A stretch of DNA of 64,000 nt from an uncultured Verrucomicrobiae bacterium (GCA_963706715.1 CAVPNI010000002.1:288001-352000); one strand, 5' to 3'. Shown: positions 30,198-40,871, counted from the stretch's first letter. Numbers and translations: made by a program. The notes: generated by a model not told the origin, from the sequence alone.

Positions 30198-31139
30198 TCA
30201 GTGCTCCCGAAACCATTTCACAAACTTTTGAATACCAGCATCGATTTTAATTTGCGGATGGTAATTGAGAAGCGCGCGTGCCTTCGAGATATTCGCATAG
30301 GTCTGGGGCATCTCGCCCTTTTGTTCAGGTAAGGATTCAAAAATCGCTTTTTTCCCTACAGCATCTTCAATCAGGTTGATTAGTTCATTTAATGTCGTCG
30401 TTTCACTTTCCCCCAAATTAAAAATATCAAAATCCGATCCTTCGTATCGCAAAGCTGCGAGTACACCCTGAATGATATCGTCGATGTAAGTATAATCTCG
30501 TCGCGAGGAACCGTCTCCAAACTTTGAAATAGGACGCCCTTCGGCGATGGATTTTGTAAATTTATAAATCGCCAAATCGGGACGTTGTCCAGGACCATAA
30601 ACAGTAAAAAAACGAAGACAGACAACGCGGAGCCCATAGAGATTAGAAAAATTTCCGCAGAGATGTTCTCCCGCCAATTTAGTCGCTGCATAAGGACTCA
30701 ATGTCTGCGGAAGAGGCAGATCCTCAGAAAACGGAACACGTTTTGCAAGGCCGTAAACAGATGAACTGGAGGCAAACAAAAATCTACGCACCCTTGTGCG
30801 CCGTGCCGCTTCCAAGAGGCGAAACGTGCCATCAATATTTGTCTTTAAATAAAGTTCCGGATGCTGAATGGAGGGCCGAACTCCAGCTCGAGCGGCAAGG
30901 TGAGCCACACAATCAAATTGCGTCTGATTAAAAAGACCATCCACAGTGTTGGCATCGCAAATATCGCCCTCTACGATTCTAGCTCTGTTTCCAAACGCGG
31001 CTACATTTTTCCGTTTGAGTGTTGGAGAATAAAAATCATTAAAATCATCCAGGACAACGACCTCATGCCCCTCACCGAGTAAAGCGCGGACGAGGTGTGA
31101 CCCGATGAATCCTGCGCCCCCCGTCACTAATATTCTCAT
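30198..31139 (-). CDS. NAD-dependent epimerase (UDP-glucuronate 4-epimerase-like)
   Basis: TGGAGFIG, HLAARAGVRPS, YAATK and RFFTVYGP..RPDLA motifs. Confidence 0.92.
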   Translation of the reverse strand: MRILVTGGAGFIGSHLVRALLGEGHEVVVLDDFNDFYSPTLKRKNVAAFGNRARIVEGDICDANTVDGLFNQTQFDCVAHLAARAGVRPSIQHPELYLKTNIDGTFRLLEAARRTRVRRFLFASSSSVYGLAKRVPFSEDLPLPQTLSPYAATKLAGEHLCGNFSNLYGLRVVCLRFFTVYGPGQRPDLAIYKFTKSIAEGRPISKFGDGSSRRDYTYIDDIIQGVLAALRYEGSDFDIFNLGESETTTLNELINLIEDAVGKKAIFESLPEQKGEMPQTYANISKARALLNYHPQIKIDAGIQKFVKWFREH

Positions 31140-31230
31140 TTTAAGAACCTACGGAGAGAGCAAAAGTTCCGGCAAGCATTTTTAAATTCGCCGTCCAGAG
31201 ATGCAATCCGCCAACTTCGTTGGTTTCTTT

Positions 31231-31324
31231 TATACCCATCGCCATTGAAGATACCGCCGACTTGATCTCTCGTATCAACGACTTTCATTCCATTCAGACG
31301 GTTTCTTCATGTTGAATGGGTATA
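31231..31324. mobile_element. 94-bp ERIC-like TA-bounded MITE
   Basis: Ends TATACCCATCGCCATTGAAG / CTTCATGTTGAATGGGTATA; inserted at the TA of a family B repeat. Confidence 0.7.
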
Positions 31325-31421
31325 GAAGCCGGTAACTGCAAATGCGGCCTATTTTGAACTGATACCGTTTCCAAAAGAAACGGGCGTAGTCCGTCAGGAA
31401 AATTCAGAACCTGCATAAGGC

Positions 31422-32462
31422 CTATCCATTTGAATTCTCTGAAGCGGAATATGAAGAACAAGACTGCCTGCGGTCATTCATATCTTCTTCCATAGCTCGA
31501 ACTTCGTTGCTGAGAGGACGCGGAAAAACAAACACATGTCGAATGTTTCCCTGATCCAGTGGAGACAGCGAGAGGCGATCACCTAGAAACCGCGATTCCA
31601 CACGTACAACGAGATTTTCGACCGGTATGAGCAGGCTCAACCAACTCCAGCCCTTCTTGCCAAGGAAGTACAGAGGAGCAGTAGTGGGAGTAAGTGCAAC
31701 TAACCAACCTCGCACGTGTGAGGGGAATGTCGTGGAAGAAGCTGATGCACAGGGGAGTGCCCAAGCAATCTCACAGGGTCCCGTACACAGACGTGCAATT
31801 TGTTGATACACCGCAGGAGGAATCCAAGAAGGAAGGACGCCTTCAAATGGTTTCCATGCGGGAGCGTTGAGTTTGCTTCCTAAAAGCCAAACAATGATTC
31901 GCATCCTCCCCAGAATACGGGGCATTAAAATGAGCAACGTCACAAAAAAGACCAAAACCACCCCAAATGCGATCACAGGCTTGAAATAAACTAAAAACAA
32001 ACTTCCTATCACCCCGGCATCTTCAGCCAAGCTAAGAAAAATATTGGAAAAGGGCTCCGGAGAAGCATTCACAAAAAGGCGAGTCCCGGCTTTGGCGGTA
32101 TGACTAGTCAAAGCCAATCCACCCCCAGCTAAGGCGGCCAATACATTGAAAACGGGATGTGAATGCCCCATTGCCATTACCGCCAAACAGGCACCTCCCA
32201 CGGGTCGAATAAAAGTCTGAAGAGCGTCCCAAAAACTGTCCAGCCAGGGAATTTTGTCCGCAAAAAATTGGATCACGAAGAGGCAACCCACAATGGCCAA
32301 AATTACAGGATGAGTCAAAATTTCAAACTGTGCGTATTGGGGAGCCAGAGTAATCCAGTGAAACCGGATTGCCAATCCTGCTACCAGAACTGTGAGATAA
32401 AGATTAATGCCCGACAGTGCGGCAAGGCCTAAGGCAGTTCCGAGCTGGTGAAGAATATCCAT
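31422..32462 (-). CDS. DUF4126 family membrane protein
   Basis: LGLAALSGINLY, FADKIPWLDSFWD..TFIRP and NASPEPFSN..SLAED motifs. Confidence 0.88.
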   Translation of the reverse strand: MDILHQLGTALGLAALSGINLYLTVLVAGLAIRFHWITLAPQYAQFEILTHPVILAIVGCLFVIQFFADKIPWLDSFWDALQTFIRPVGGACLAVMAMGHSHPVFNVLAALAGGGLALTSHTAKAGTRLFVNASPEPFSNIFLSLAEDAGVIGSLFLVYFKPVIAFGVVLVFFVTLLILMPRILGRMRIIVWLLGSKLNAPAWKPFEGVLPSWIPPAVYQQIARLCTGPCEIAWALPCASASSTTFPSHVRGWLVALTPTTAPLYFLGKKGWSWLSLLIPVENLVVRVESRFLGDRLSLSPLDQGNIRHVFVFPRPLSNEVRAMEEDMNDRRQSCSSYSASENSNG

Positions 32463-32643
32463 TGGAGGGTGCAAAGTTCATCAGGCAGGACTCCGGATTA
32501 ACCAGAGTCCTGCTCATGCAAGCATACCCCGGTCCAAAGGATGATGTCACGCTGATCTGGGACCATTTTACAATATAGACATAAACTGCCGCTTATGCCT
32601 TTCAATTAAAGGAGGTAGTTTTACGAATTCCACTTGGATTTTT

Positions 32644-33435
32644 TCAGACAGACTCCACCCATTCCCGAACGCGCCGGATCGCAATGGCACGTCCCGTCGA
32701 GACCTCGACATCAACCGTTGCTCCACAAATCATCACTGCTCCCTGCGCGACAGGAAAGGGCACAGGCAGACTGTCTACAAACCGCTTCATGATTGGCTCA
32801 ATCTCACGGCCCAAAACAGAATATTCGGGACCACACATCCCCGCGTCGCAAAGAAAAGCTGTGCCACCTGGAAGAATGCGTTCATCGGCTGTTTGGACAT
32901 GAGTATGAGTGCCAATCACGGCGGAGACATTTCCGTCCAAATAATGGGCCATTGCGGTTTTCTCGCTTGTTGTTTCCCCGTGAACATCTACAAAAATCAC
33001 AGACGTCTCGGATCGGAGCCGCTCCACCTCCTCCGCAGCCACTCGAAATGGATTGTCCAGAATTGGTTGCATAAATGTCCGGCATTGGACATTTATGACG
33101 CCAATCTTTCCTTTTGAAGTTTCCAACACAAGACTCCCCTGCCCCGGAACGCCAGCGGGATAGTTTATAGGACGCAAAACGCGCGGTTCTGTAGCAAGAA
33201 AAGGGACCAGCTCCTTCTGATCCCACACATGATCTCCGGTAGTAATCACGGCAACTCCGGCTCGTAATAAATTGATAGCAATTTTGGGTGTAATCCCTCG
33301 GCCTGCTGCTGCATTTTCCCCATTAACGATAACAAAGTCTACTTTCTCCCGTTCCTTAAACACAGGAAGGAATCGTGCCACCGCCGTTCTTCCTGCCTCC
33401 CCGACAATATCCCCTAAAAACAAGATTCTGATCAT
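32644..33435 (-). CDS. ymdB: TIGR00282 family metallophosphoesterase
   Basis: LFLGDIVG, NGENAA, DVHGETTSEK and GTHTHVQTADE motifs. Confidence 0.93.
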   Translation of the reverse strand: MIRILFLGDIVGEAGRTAVARFLPVFKEREKVDFVIVNGENAAAGRGITPKIAINLLRAGVAVITTGDHVWDQKELVPFLATEPRVLRPINYPAGVPGQGSLVLETSKGKIGVINVQCRTFMQPILDNPFRVAAEEVERLRSETSVIFVDVHGETTSEKTAMAHYLDGNVSAVIGTHTHVQTADERILPGGTAFLCDAGMCGPEYSVLGREIEPIMKRFVDSLPVPFPVAQGAVMICGATVDVEVSTGRAIAIRRVREWVESV

Positions 33436-33527
33436 GATTTCAGAATGCTACTCATAACCATAGGTACTGGAAGCAGGGAATCATAATTTCAGTGGATCGC
33501 CCCTGACAACTGTCCTCGGATATTATA

Positions 33528-34754
33528 TTGTATCTTTCACGCGCTTTGAAAACAATTCCTCTGATTTTATTACTTGTTGTCACCTATGCCGTTGCCTTTG
33601 CTCAGCCATCGCTGAGCCCGCTGGCTAGCATTCCGGATTGGTCGAAACTCGAACAATACCAAAACACTATTACTCGTCAGCAATTCCTAAAGCTGCTGGA
33701 TCAGCCTTACATTCCCAAACATCATTGGAAAAAATGGATGACGGTGACTTCACAGGAAGCCCGAATTGCCACCCGCGAAGGTTATCCGGATTTTGTCCTT
33801 CAATTTGCAGCCAGTCCCCGTACGGCGCAGCCTGTACTGCATCCCTGGAAATCTCGGTCACACCTGCCGCCTCTCAACCCCACAAAACCTTTGGCAGGCC
33901 TTCACATCACCCTGGACCCTGGTCACCTTGGCGGAAAATGGGCGATTATGGAAGAACGCTGGTTTCGTGTAGGGAACGGTATTCCAATTAAGGAAGGCGA
34001 TATGACACTTCGAGTTGCGAAAATTTTGGCTCCTCGCCTTCGGGCCTTAGGCGCAACCGTCACCTTTACTCGCTCTCAACTAGGTCCGTCCACTTCTTAT
34101 CGGCCCAAAGATTTCCGTTCGCTCGCTGCCTCTGAGCTCCGGATGAAAGGGCTTCCTGTAACAGCGGATATGCTTCAAACAAAAAGCGAGGAACTTTTCT
34201 ATCGAGTGGCTGAAATCCGCAATCGCGCTCGCAAAATTAACGAAGACTTCCACCCGGATCTGGTACTCTGCCTTCATTTTAATGCCGAAGAATGGGAAGA
34301 TAAGCAGCACCCTCGACTTGTTCCCCAGAATCACCTGCATTTCCTCGTGACAGGCGCGGTTTCCAAAGACGAATTCTCAAAAGAAGATCAACGTTTTGAT
34401 ATCCTTGTTAAGCTCTTGAGCCGTACAGATACTGAAGAGATTCCTATTGCCAATGCCCTCGCAAAATCCATGGCTCGTGAAACGGGACTTCCCCCTTACC
34501 GCTACAAAGGCGACAACGCAATTCGTGTCGACAGATATGTCTGGGGACGCAATTTACTCGCCACACGCCTTTTTCAGTGTCCGGTTGTTTTTGTTGAAGC
34601 TTATGTCATGAATAGCCTCGAAGTCGTTGCACGTGTTCAAGCGGGTGACTTCTCAGGCACAAAATCAATCGGAGGAATTCCAAAAAAGAGCATTTATCGG
34701 GAATATGCAGATGGTATTGTAGCTGGGTTGATCCAATATTACTCCTCCCGATGA
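33528..34754 (+). CDS. N-acetylmuramoyl-L-alanine amidase (Amidase_3-like), exported
   Basis: Signal peptide, LDPGHLGG, E, CLHFNA and VFVE zinc/catalytic motifs. Confidence 0.8.
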   Translation: MYLSRALKTIPLILLLVVTYAVAFAQPSLSPLASIPDWSKLEQYQNTITRQQFLKLLDQPYIPKHHWKKWMTVTSQEARIATREGYPDFVLQFAASPRTAQPVLHPWKSRSHLPPLNPTKPLAGLHITLDPGHLGGKWAIMEERWFRVGNGIPIKEGDMTLRVAKILAPRLRALGATVTFTRSQLGPSTSYRPKDFRSLAASELRMKGLPVTADMLQTKSEELFYRVAEIRNRARKINEDFHPDLVLCLHFNAEEWEDKQHPRLVPQNHLHFLVTGAVSKDEFSKEDQRFDILVKLLSRTDTEEIPIANALAKSMARETGLPPYRYKGDNAIRVDRYVWGRNLLATRLFQCPVVFVEAYVMNSLEVVARVQAGDFSGTKSIGGIPKKSIYREYADGIVAGLIQYYSSR

Positions 34755-35548
34755 AGGTCATAGCAGTTAGCAACCAAAAAGGCGGTGTGGGAAAAACCAC
34801 CACCTGCATAAATCTTAGTGCCTCTCTTGCCGCATTAGGCAAACGCATTCTTCTTATAGATGTCGATCCACAGGCTAACGCGACAAGCATCTTTGGCTTG
34901 AAAGGCCAAAATGGCAGCCTTTATGATGCTTTAATTAAAAAAACTACTGCTCAAGACCTCATCCTCCCCACTCGCATTGCAAACCTTCATATCATCACTT
35001 CCAACCTCGATTTGGCAGGCGCGGAAGTTGAGATAGCTCGAATGGACAATCACCTCTTTCAGCTTCGACAGGCACTCGAAAATATCCGACAAAATAATAC
35101 CTTTGATTTTGTCATTCTCGACTGCCCTCCGTCCTTAGGGATTCTCATGTCCAATGCGTTGGTTGCAGCGGATGAAATTCTTCTTCCCATTCAGTGCGAA
35201 TACTATGCATTGGAGGGATTAGGTCTCTTGGTTCAAGTTTCTGAGCAGCTCCGCCGCTCCGGAGCAAATCCCTCTATGTCCATCTCCGGGATGGTTATGA
35301 CCATGTACGATGCGCGCACAAATTTGAATACCGCCGTCGTCAAAGACGTGCGCCAACACTTCCGAGATGTCGTCTATCAGACGCTCATCCCACGCACCAT
35401 CCGCTTTGGAGAAGCTCCCAGCCATGGTAAGACCATCCTGGAATACGATCCTCAGGGACCAGGCACACTGGCATATCAAGCTCTTGCAAAAGAGTTTCTT
35501 GAGCGTCAAAGCCGTAATCTCTCTTTTATCAATGCCACTGCCCAATGA
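34751..35548 (+). CDS. parA: ParA/Soj family ATPase
   Basis: NQKGGVGKTTT, DVDPQAN, DCPPSLG, PIQCEYYALEGL and EAPSHG motifs. Confidence 0.93.
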   Translation: MKVIAVSNQKGGVGKTTTCINLSASLAALGKRILLIDVDPQANATSIFGLKGQNGSLYDALIKKTTAQDLILPTRIANLHIITSNLDLAGAEVEIARMDNHLFQLRQALENIRQNNTFDFVILDCPPSLGILMSNALVAADEILLPIQCEYYALEGLGLLVQVSEQLRRSGANPSMSISGMVMTMYDARTNLNTAVVKDVRQHFRDVVYQTLIPRTIRFGEAPSHGKTILEYDPQGPGTLAYQALAKEFLERQSRNLSFINATAQ

Positions 35549-36111
35549 AACAACTTTTAGAACTCTTTCAGCAAACCGGCGCACTTCAAAAAGGTCACTT
35601 TATTTTGCGTTCAGGTCTCCACAGCAGGCAATATCTTCAATGCGCTCTGTTGCTTCAGCACACAAAAATCGCGGAACACGTCTGTGGTCTGCTAGCGGAA
35701 AAATTGCGGCCATTTGAATGTGAAACCGTCGTCTCACCAGCATTGGGAGGTATTATTGTTGGCCAGGAAGTAGCGCGCCATTTAGGAAAGCGCCATATCT
35801 TTGTCGAAAAAAATGACGAGGAGGAGCTCGTCCTTCGACGTGGGTTTACACTAAAACTCGGAGAAAAAATTGTCGTCGCTGAGGATGTTATCACCCACGG
35901 AGGACGTGTTCAGCAGACGATTGATGTCATCCAAACGCTGGGGGGCATTGTACTTGCGGCCGGAAGCATTGTAGATCGAAGCAGTGGCCATCCTTTGGAC
36001 TTCGCCTGCCCGTTGGTCAGCCTCATTCAAATGAATGTGGAAAACTTCGAAGCCGACAAGCTCCCCTCCGATCTTGCCGCTCTGCCTGTGATGAAACCAG
36101 GAAGCAAGTAG
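35545..36111 (+). CDS. pyrE: orotate phosphoribosyltransferase
   Basis: GHFILRSGLHS..YLQC and VAEDVITHGG PRPP loop. Confidence 0.93.
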   Translation: MKQLLELFQQTGALQKGHFILRSGLHSRQYLQCALLLQHTKIAEHVCGLLAEKLRPFECETVVSPALGGIIVGQEVARHLGKRHIFVEKNDEEELVLRRGFTLKLGEKIVVAEDVITHGGRVQQTIDVIQTLGGIVLAAGSIVDRSSGHPLDFACPLVSLIQMNVENFEADKLPSDLAALPVMKPGSK

Positions 36112-36269
36112 ATATCCCCGGACACTTATTCCCCAAAAAAAATACACCATAGCCAAATGCTATTATTTTAAGCAATAGGTTGCTTTAGTGGGCAATTGAA
36201 AATGCCTTTGTCCCTTTGTTTTGCAAAGGGACTCAAACAGACCGCAGATCTGCGGATCGAACCGACCGA

Positions 36270-36527
36270 CTATTTTTGACGCATCCGCAAGAATAGCCGA
36301 TAAAGCGCCAAAAGAACGATGGCACCAACTATTGAAGCAAGGAAGCCAGCTGCATGCCCCTCCTGGTACCACCCTATTGCTCGTCCAAACCAGCTCGCAA
36401 GGAAAGAGCCGGCCAAACCGAGAACGAGAGTGGCGATCCACCCACGCCCGGGATCTGGTCCCGGCATAATGAGCTTGGCTATAACGCCTACTAGGAGGCC
36501 GATAATGATTGTTCCGATGATTCCCAT
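36270..36527 (-). CDS. GlsB/YeaQ/YmgE family stress membrane protein
   Basis: IIIGLLVGVIAKLIMPG..GWIATLVLG..GFLASIVGAIVLL. Confidence 0.9.
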   Translation of the reverse strand: MGIIGTIIIGLLVGVIAKLIMPGPDPGRGWIATLVLGLAGSFLASWFGRAIGWYQEGHAAGFLASIVGAIVLLALYRLFLRMRQK

Positions 36528-36685
36528 CATAGCAATAATCAATCGCACCCGAAATCGCTCCCGGATGTCTTTTTTTTATAATCGACATTGCAATTTCTGA
36601 CTTAACTCCAGCTTCTTACATCCACATTCCCTGATCCTGAGCAGTCTTTCCTCGCCCCGCCAAACAAACTTTGTTAGCGTCCTGT

Positions 36686-37726
36686 ATGCGAAAAATCATC
36701 CATTTGGATATGGATTGTTTTTACGCCGCTGTGGAAATGCGAGAGCGTCCGGAACTGGCGAATCGGCCTATCGCTGTGGGTGGCGGGACTTCTCGCAGCA
36801 TTGTGACGACCTGTAATTATGAAGCGCGAAAGTTTGGGATTCGTTCCGCAATGCCCGGATTTATGGCCCGCGAGCGATGCCCGCATCTGATTTTCGTTCC
36901 GCTGAGATTTGACCTTTACCGCGCCGTTTCCCAACAAATTCGAGCAATTTTTCGCGAATATACGGACCTCGTAGAGCCCCTATCGCTGGATGAGGCATTC
37001 CTCGACGTCAGCAATAGCGGCCGTTACGCCTGGGAAACTGCCAAGGAGATACGAGCTCGCGTTTACAAAGAAACGGGCCTGACAGCGTCAGCCGGCGTTG
37101 CTCCCAACAAGATGTTGGCTAAAATCGCAAGCGATTGGCGCAAACCGAACGGCCAATTTGCAATTCTCCCTCACCAGATTGAAGAATTTATGGCCGCGCT
37201 TCCCGTCAGCAGCCTTTGGGGAATTGGTCCCAAGACCGCCAATCGATTCGCCGCACACGGAATTCAAATGTGTCGGGACCTCCAGAAGCTGAGCCTCGCC
37301 GAAATGGCAATTGAATTCGGAAAATGGGGCGCGGAACTCTTCCATCTCTGCCGGGGACACGACACTCGCGAGGTCTGTCCTTTTCGGGTCCGAAAATCGC
37401 TCAGCAACGAAACGACATTCAGCAGGAACCTGGTCACCCTAGAAGAATGTGAATCCGCAGTCACCGACCTCTGCCGTGAAATGCAAGAAGAGATTCAGCT
37501 CAAAGCGAGCGAAAGAAAAATCCGAAAGGCATTTGTCACCGTAAAATTCTCGGATTTTAGCAGAACAACCAAAGAATGCCTCTGTCCTCAACCCTCCAAG
37601 GCAATATACCTCAGCCTGCTTGGAGAAGCTTTCCGCAGAAAAGTGCTGCCTATTCGCCTACTCGGAACAGGAGTCCGGTTTGCAGAGGAAGAGGCGGAAC
37701 ATCATCAGCCTGAGCTTTTCCAGTAG
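36686..37726 (+). CDS. dinB: DNA polymerase IV
   Basis: IIHLDMDCFYAAVE, NYEARKFG, SLDEAFLD and KIASDWRKPNG motifs. Confidence 0.96.
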   Translation: MRKIIHLDMDCFYAAVEMRERPELANRPIAVGGGTSRSIVTTCNYEARKFGIRSAMPGFMARERCPHLIFVPLRFDLYRAVSQQIRAIFREYTDLVEPLSLDEAFLDVSNSGRYAWETAKEIRARVYKETGLTASAGVAPNKMLAKIASDWRKPNGQFAILPHQIEEFMAALPVSSLWGIGPKTANRFAAHGIQMCRDLQKLSLAEMAIEFGKWGAELFHLCRGHDTREVCPFRVRKSLSNETTFSRNLVTLEECESAVTDLCREMQEEIQLKASERKIRKAFVTVKFSDFSRTTKECLCPQPSKAIYLSLLGEAFRRKVLPIRLLGTGVRFAEEEAEHHQPELFQ

Positions 37727-37747
37727 GGCTAAAAAAACACCTGCCGC

Positions 37748-38986
37748 CTACTTTTTGATTGGAGACGGCGGAGAAAGGTACAGATCACAATACTGTTCCA
37801 TGTAGCGAGTCAGGAGAAATTTTCTCCGCACGGTCTTTCGGCCTCGTCTTCCCATTTGCCGACACAGCGTTTCGTCTTGCAACAATTCTACCAAACGGTC
37901 GGCAGTTTCCTCCACCGAAGATGTCAAGAACCCGTTCACTCCATTCTCTATCTGAAGAGGAATCCCTCCCACGCTGCCTCCAATCACGGGGGCCCCTTTC
38001 CACATGGCTTCCGAGACGGTCAGGCCAAATCCTTCTCGAATCGACTTTTGCAGGACCACCTGGGCACTTCGTTGTAATGCATTGACCAGCGAAGTGTCGT
38101 CCCCTTTGGCAAGGACAAGAATGGAATCGCTTCTGCACCCACAGAGTGATTCAAATATTCTGGCTCCCTCGGGGTCATCCGTGGCAAAATTTCCTAGTAG
38201 TATTAAACGCGCTTTGCTGACTCCCCGTTTTTTTTGTGCCAGCCGAAACGCCTCGATAACTCCCTCCGGATCTTTCCAAGGATCAAAACGGGAAATCTGA
38301 GCAACAATCGGCAAATCAGTCGGGATGTCATGCCGACGCAAGCGCTGTGCAGTGATCCGCCTGTTCAGAGTCCGATTTTTAATGTTAAATGGATCAATAG
38401 CGGGCATGAATATGAGCTGCGGCTGAGGGACGTCTTGTATATAATTTGGGCAACTCAGGATAACGGCATCGTAGTGGTCAATCCATTTTCGCAGATAAGC
38501 CCATACTCGAGGATGAGGACAGGTAAGATCCAGATGACATCTCCAAATCCAAGGGCAATTTTTTTTATAATGCTCGATGAGTGGAAGAGGCTGAGGATCG
38601 TGGACGATCACAAAATCATACTCGTCGATCTGGTTACGGATGGCATTTTCGAAGACGACTTGTTCATAAATCTTCCGTTTAAAAAAAGAAAAATCAATGC
38701 TACTCCCCTGCAAAGCATTGTGCATTTTTTTTGTCACCGAAAAATAATCCGGCGTACCTTGAATGATCCGCCACTCCGACCGAACGCCGACGCTGTTCAT
38801 CAGCAGGGTCAAGGAGGTCAGCGTTTCCGCCACGCCACCACCGTAGTAGGTTGAGCTAAAGTTCAGCACACGCAAGCCGCGAAGCGCGGCAGCCTTTGCG
38901 CGAATGCGCTCGAAAGCCTCGTCGCCAATTAAGGGGCGATAATCTTCCAAAGAAATGAGACGGTGACGAATAGCGTTTTTTTTCAT
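37748..38986 (-). CDS. treT: trehalose glycosyltransferring synthase TreT-like GT4
   Basis: NFSSTYYGGGVAE, VTKKMHNALQG, HDPQP, WRCHLD, SRFDPWKDP and QKSIREGFGLTVSEAMWK motifs. Confidence 0.85.
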   Translation of the reverse strand: MKKNAIRHRLISLEDYRPLIGDEAFERIRAKAAALRGLRVLNFSSTYYGGGVAETLTSLTLLMNSVGVRSEWRIIQGTPDYFSVTKKMHNALQGSSIDFSFFKRKIYEQVVFENAIRNQIDEYDFVIVHDPQPLPLIEHYKKNCPWIWRCHLDLTCPHPRVWAYLRKWIDHYDAVILSCPNYIQDVPQPQLIFMPAIDPFNIKNRTLNRRITAQRLRRHDIPTDLPIVAQISRFDPWKDPEGVIEAFRLAQKKRGVSKARLILLGNFATDDPEGARIFESLCGCRSDSILVLAKGDDTSLVNALQRSAQVVLQKSIREGFGLTVSEAMWKGAPVIGGSVGGIPLQIENGVNGFLTSSVEETADRLVELLQDETLCRQMGRRGRKTVRRKFLLTRYMEQYCDLYLSPPSPIKK

Positions 38987-39140
38987 CACTGACTGTGCCA
39001 GCCAGCTATGCTGGTTTTTTTTAGGAGCCGCTGGCTGAAAATTTTGAACAACAAGTTGCTAAAAGGAAGTGAGGAAGTCCGTTCCCTTTTCTTCGCCAGT
39101 TTTCTTTTAGGGGCTGGTAGTCGCAAAATCAGGTCTTTTT

Positions 39141-40871
39141 TCAGCTAAAAGTTAGCTTACTAAGTAATCGATCCGCAAGGGGTCGAGTGGCCTCATCTAA
39201 TTGAGCAACTGACAATTTTAATGGCTGTATAGCTCCTGCTTGTAGCGCCTCTCGGACGGCTTGTGCCAAGTGGTCGAGGTGTGCTCGTTCCTCTCCGGAA
39301 ATTTCTTCGCCTAGCTGAACGACAGCCAATCTCAAAGCCGCAAGAAGCTCTTCGGCTTTTAGTCGAAGCTCGGTAAAAGCTCGTTCCTGCATGTCTTCAA
39401 ATGCATGCTCAACTGAATCGGTAACCATCTTTTCGACCGCCTCATCCGATACATCCACCGCACGCTGAATTTTGATGTGGTGATCTTGGTGAGAGGCGAT
39501 ATCTCGAACCAAAACGTTGAGAATCCCATTGGCATCGATTTCAAATTGCACACCCGCCCGAGCCTGCCCCTTGGGGGCCGGAGTGAATGGCGCCACAAGT
39601 TCACCAAGCTGCCAGTTGTCTGCAGCCATTTCTCGTTCCCCTTGAAGAACGGAAATCCGCAAAGAGGCCTGATTGCTGACCGCATTTGTAAACATTTCGC
39701 CCGCTTTACACGGAATAGTGGTATTTCGCGGAATGAGGACGTTCATCAGTCCACCGAAGGTTTCAATGCCGAGGGAAAGCGGCGTCACGTCCAAGAGAGT
39801 CAAATTTTGAACCGCACCTTCAAGAATTCCCGCCTGGATAGCCGCTCCCAGGGCAACGGCCTCATCAGGATGTTGAGAGGTATTCGGAACTCGGCCAAAC
39901 AGATCGGCCACTAGCGCTCGCACGAGAGGCATCCGGGTCACACCTCCTACCAGAATCACTTCATCGAAATCTGCCGGAGTCAAACCGGCATCTTGAAGGG
40001 CTCGCATGCAGTGGACTCTTGTCCGTTCCAAGATCGGCAGACAAAGAGCCTCCAACTCCGGCCGAGTAAAGACCGTGGAAACGCTTTCTTCTACCTTGCC
40101 AAAAGGAAGGAAAATTTCAGTTATTGTTTCCTCAGAGAGCCGCTTTTTCGCCTCTTCGGCGACTTCAATCAAACTACTCGCTTCCACTCCCAGTTTTTGG
40201 GCCAGAAAATCAGCAATCGCCCGATCCAAGTCATCCCCTCCCAAAGCGGTGTCTCCACAAGTGGAGAGAACTTCAAACGTGCCCTGGTTGAGTTCAATCA
40301 GGGAAATATCAAACGTGCCGCCACCCAGATCGTAAACGGCAACTCGAGCGCGATCGTGAAGGCGGTTCAGCCCATAAGCAAGTGCCGCAGCGGTAGGCTC
40401 ACTCAAAATCCGTTCCACGATAAGTCCCGCCAACTCTCCGGCAGTCTTAGTGGCATTCCGCTGGGCGTCATTGAAATATGCCGGAACGGTAATGACAGCG
40501 CGTTCGATAGGCATCCCAAAAACGCGTTCAGCATCCTTTTTGAGTTTGGATAAAATGTGCGCGGACACCTGCTCCGGCAAAAAGCTCCCCACAGAAGTCC
40601 GAACCTTAACGGGAAATGCTTGCTGAGAGGGAGGACGCTTTTCATACGCTCCCATCAGGCGCTTGACAGAGCAGATGGTATCCGTTGGCGCGAGGGCCTT
40701 GCGACGTAAGGCCGGAAACCCCACCAGTGGCGTAGCGACAGCCTTTGACTCAAAGGCGACCACTGAGGGCGTCAAACGGGAACCCGTCTCATCCGCTATC
40801 AGAACAGGAAAACCAGCGTCAAATACCCCAATCAGGGAATTCGTCGTTCCGAGATCAATGCCCACAATCAT
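39141..40871 (-). CDS. hscA: Hsp70 family chaperone, HscA-like
   Basis: GIDLGTTNS, TVPAYFNDAQR, YDLGGGTFD and LLDVTPLSLG motifs; downstream of iscA-hscB. Confidence 0.8.
   Translation of the reverse strand: MIVGIDLGTTNSLIGVFDAGFPVLIADETGSRLTPSVVAFESKAVATPLVGFPALRRKALAPTDTICSVKRLMGAYEKRPPSQQAFPVKVRTSVGSFLPEQVSAHILSKLKKDAERVFGMPIERAVITVPAYFNDAQRNATKTAGELAGLIVERILSEPTAAALAYGLNRLHDRARVAVYDLGGGTFDISLIELNQGTFEVLSTCGDTALGGDDLDRAIADFLAQKLGVEASSLIEVAEEAKKRLSEETITEIFLPFGKVEESVSTVFTRPELEALCLPILERTRVHCMRALQDAGLTPADFDEVILVGGVTRMPLVRALVADLFGRVPNTSQHPDEAVALGAAIQAGILEGAVQNLTLLDVTPLSLGIETFGGLMNVLIPRNTTIPCKAGEMFTNAVSNQASLRISVLQGEREMAADNWQLGELVAPFTPAPKGQARAGVQFEIDANGILNVLVRDIASHQDHHIKIQRAVDVSDEAVEKMVTDSVEHAFEDMQERAFTELRLKAEELLAALRLAVVQLGEEISGEERAHLDHLAQAVREALQAGAIQPLKLSVAQLDEATRPLADRLLSKLTFS

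Noticed and set aside
36590..36686. LexA/SOS box upstream of dinB (also checked before uvrA)
   Set aside because: No TGTTC-N4-GAACA, CTGT-N8-ACAG or GAAC-N4-GTTC match was seen by eye.
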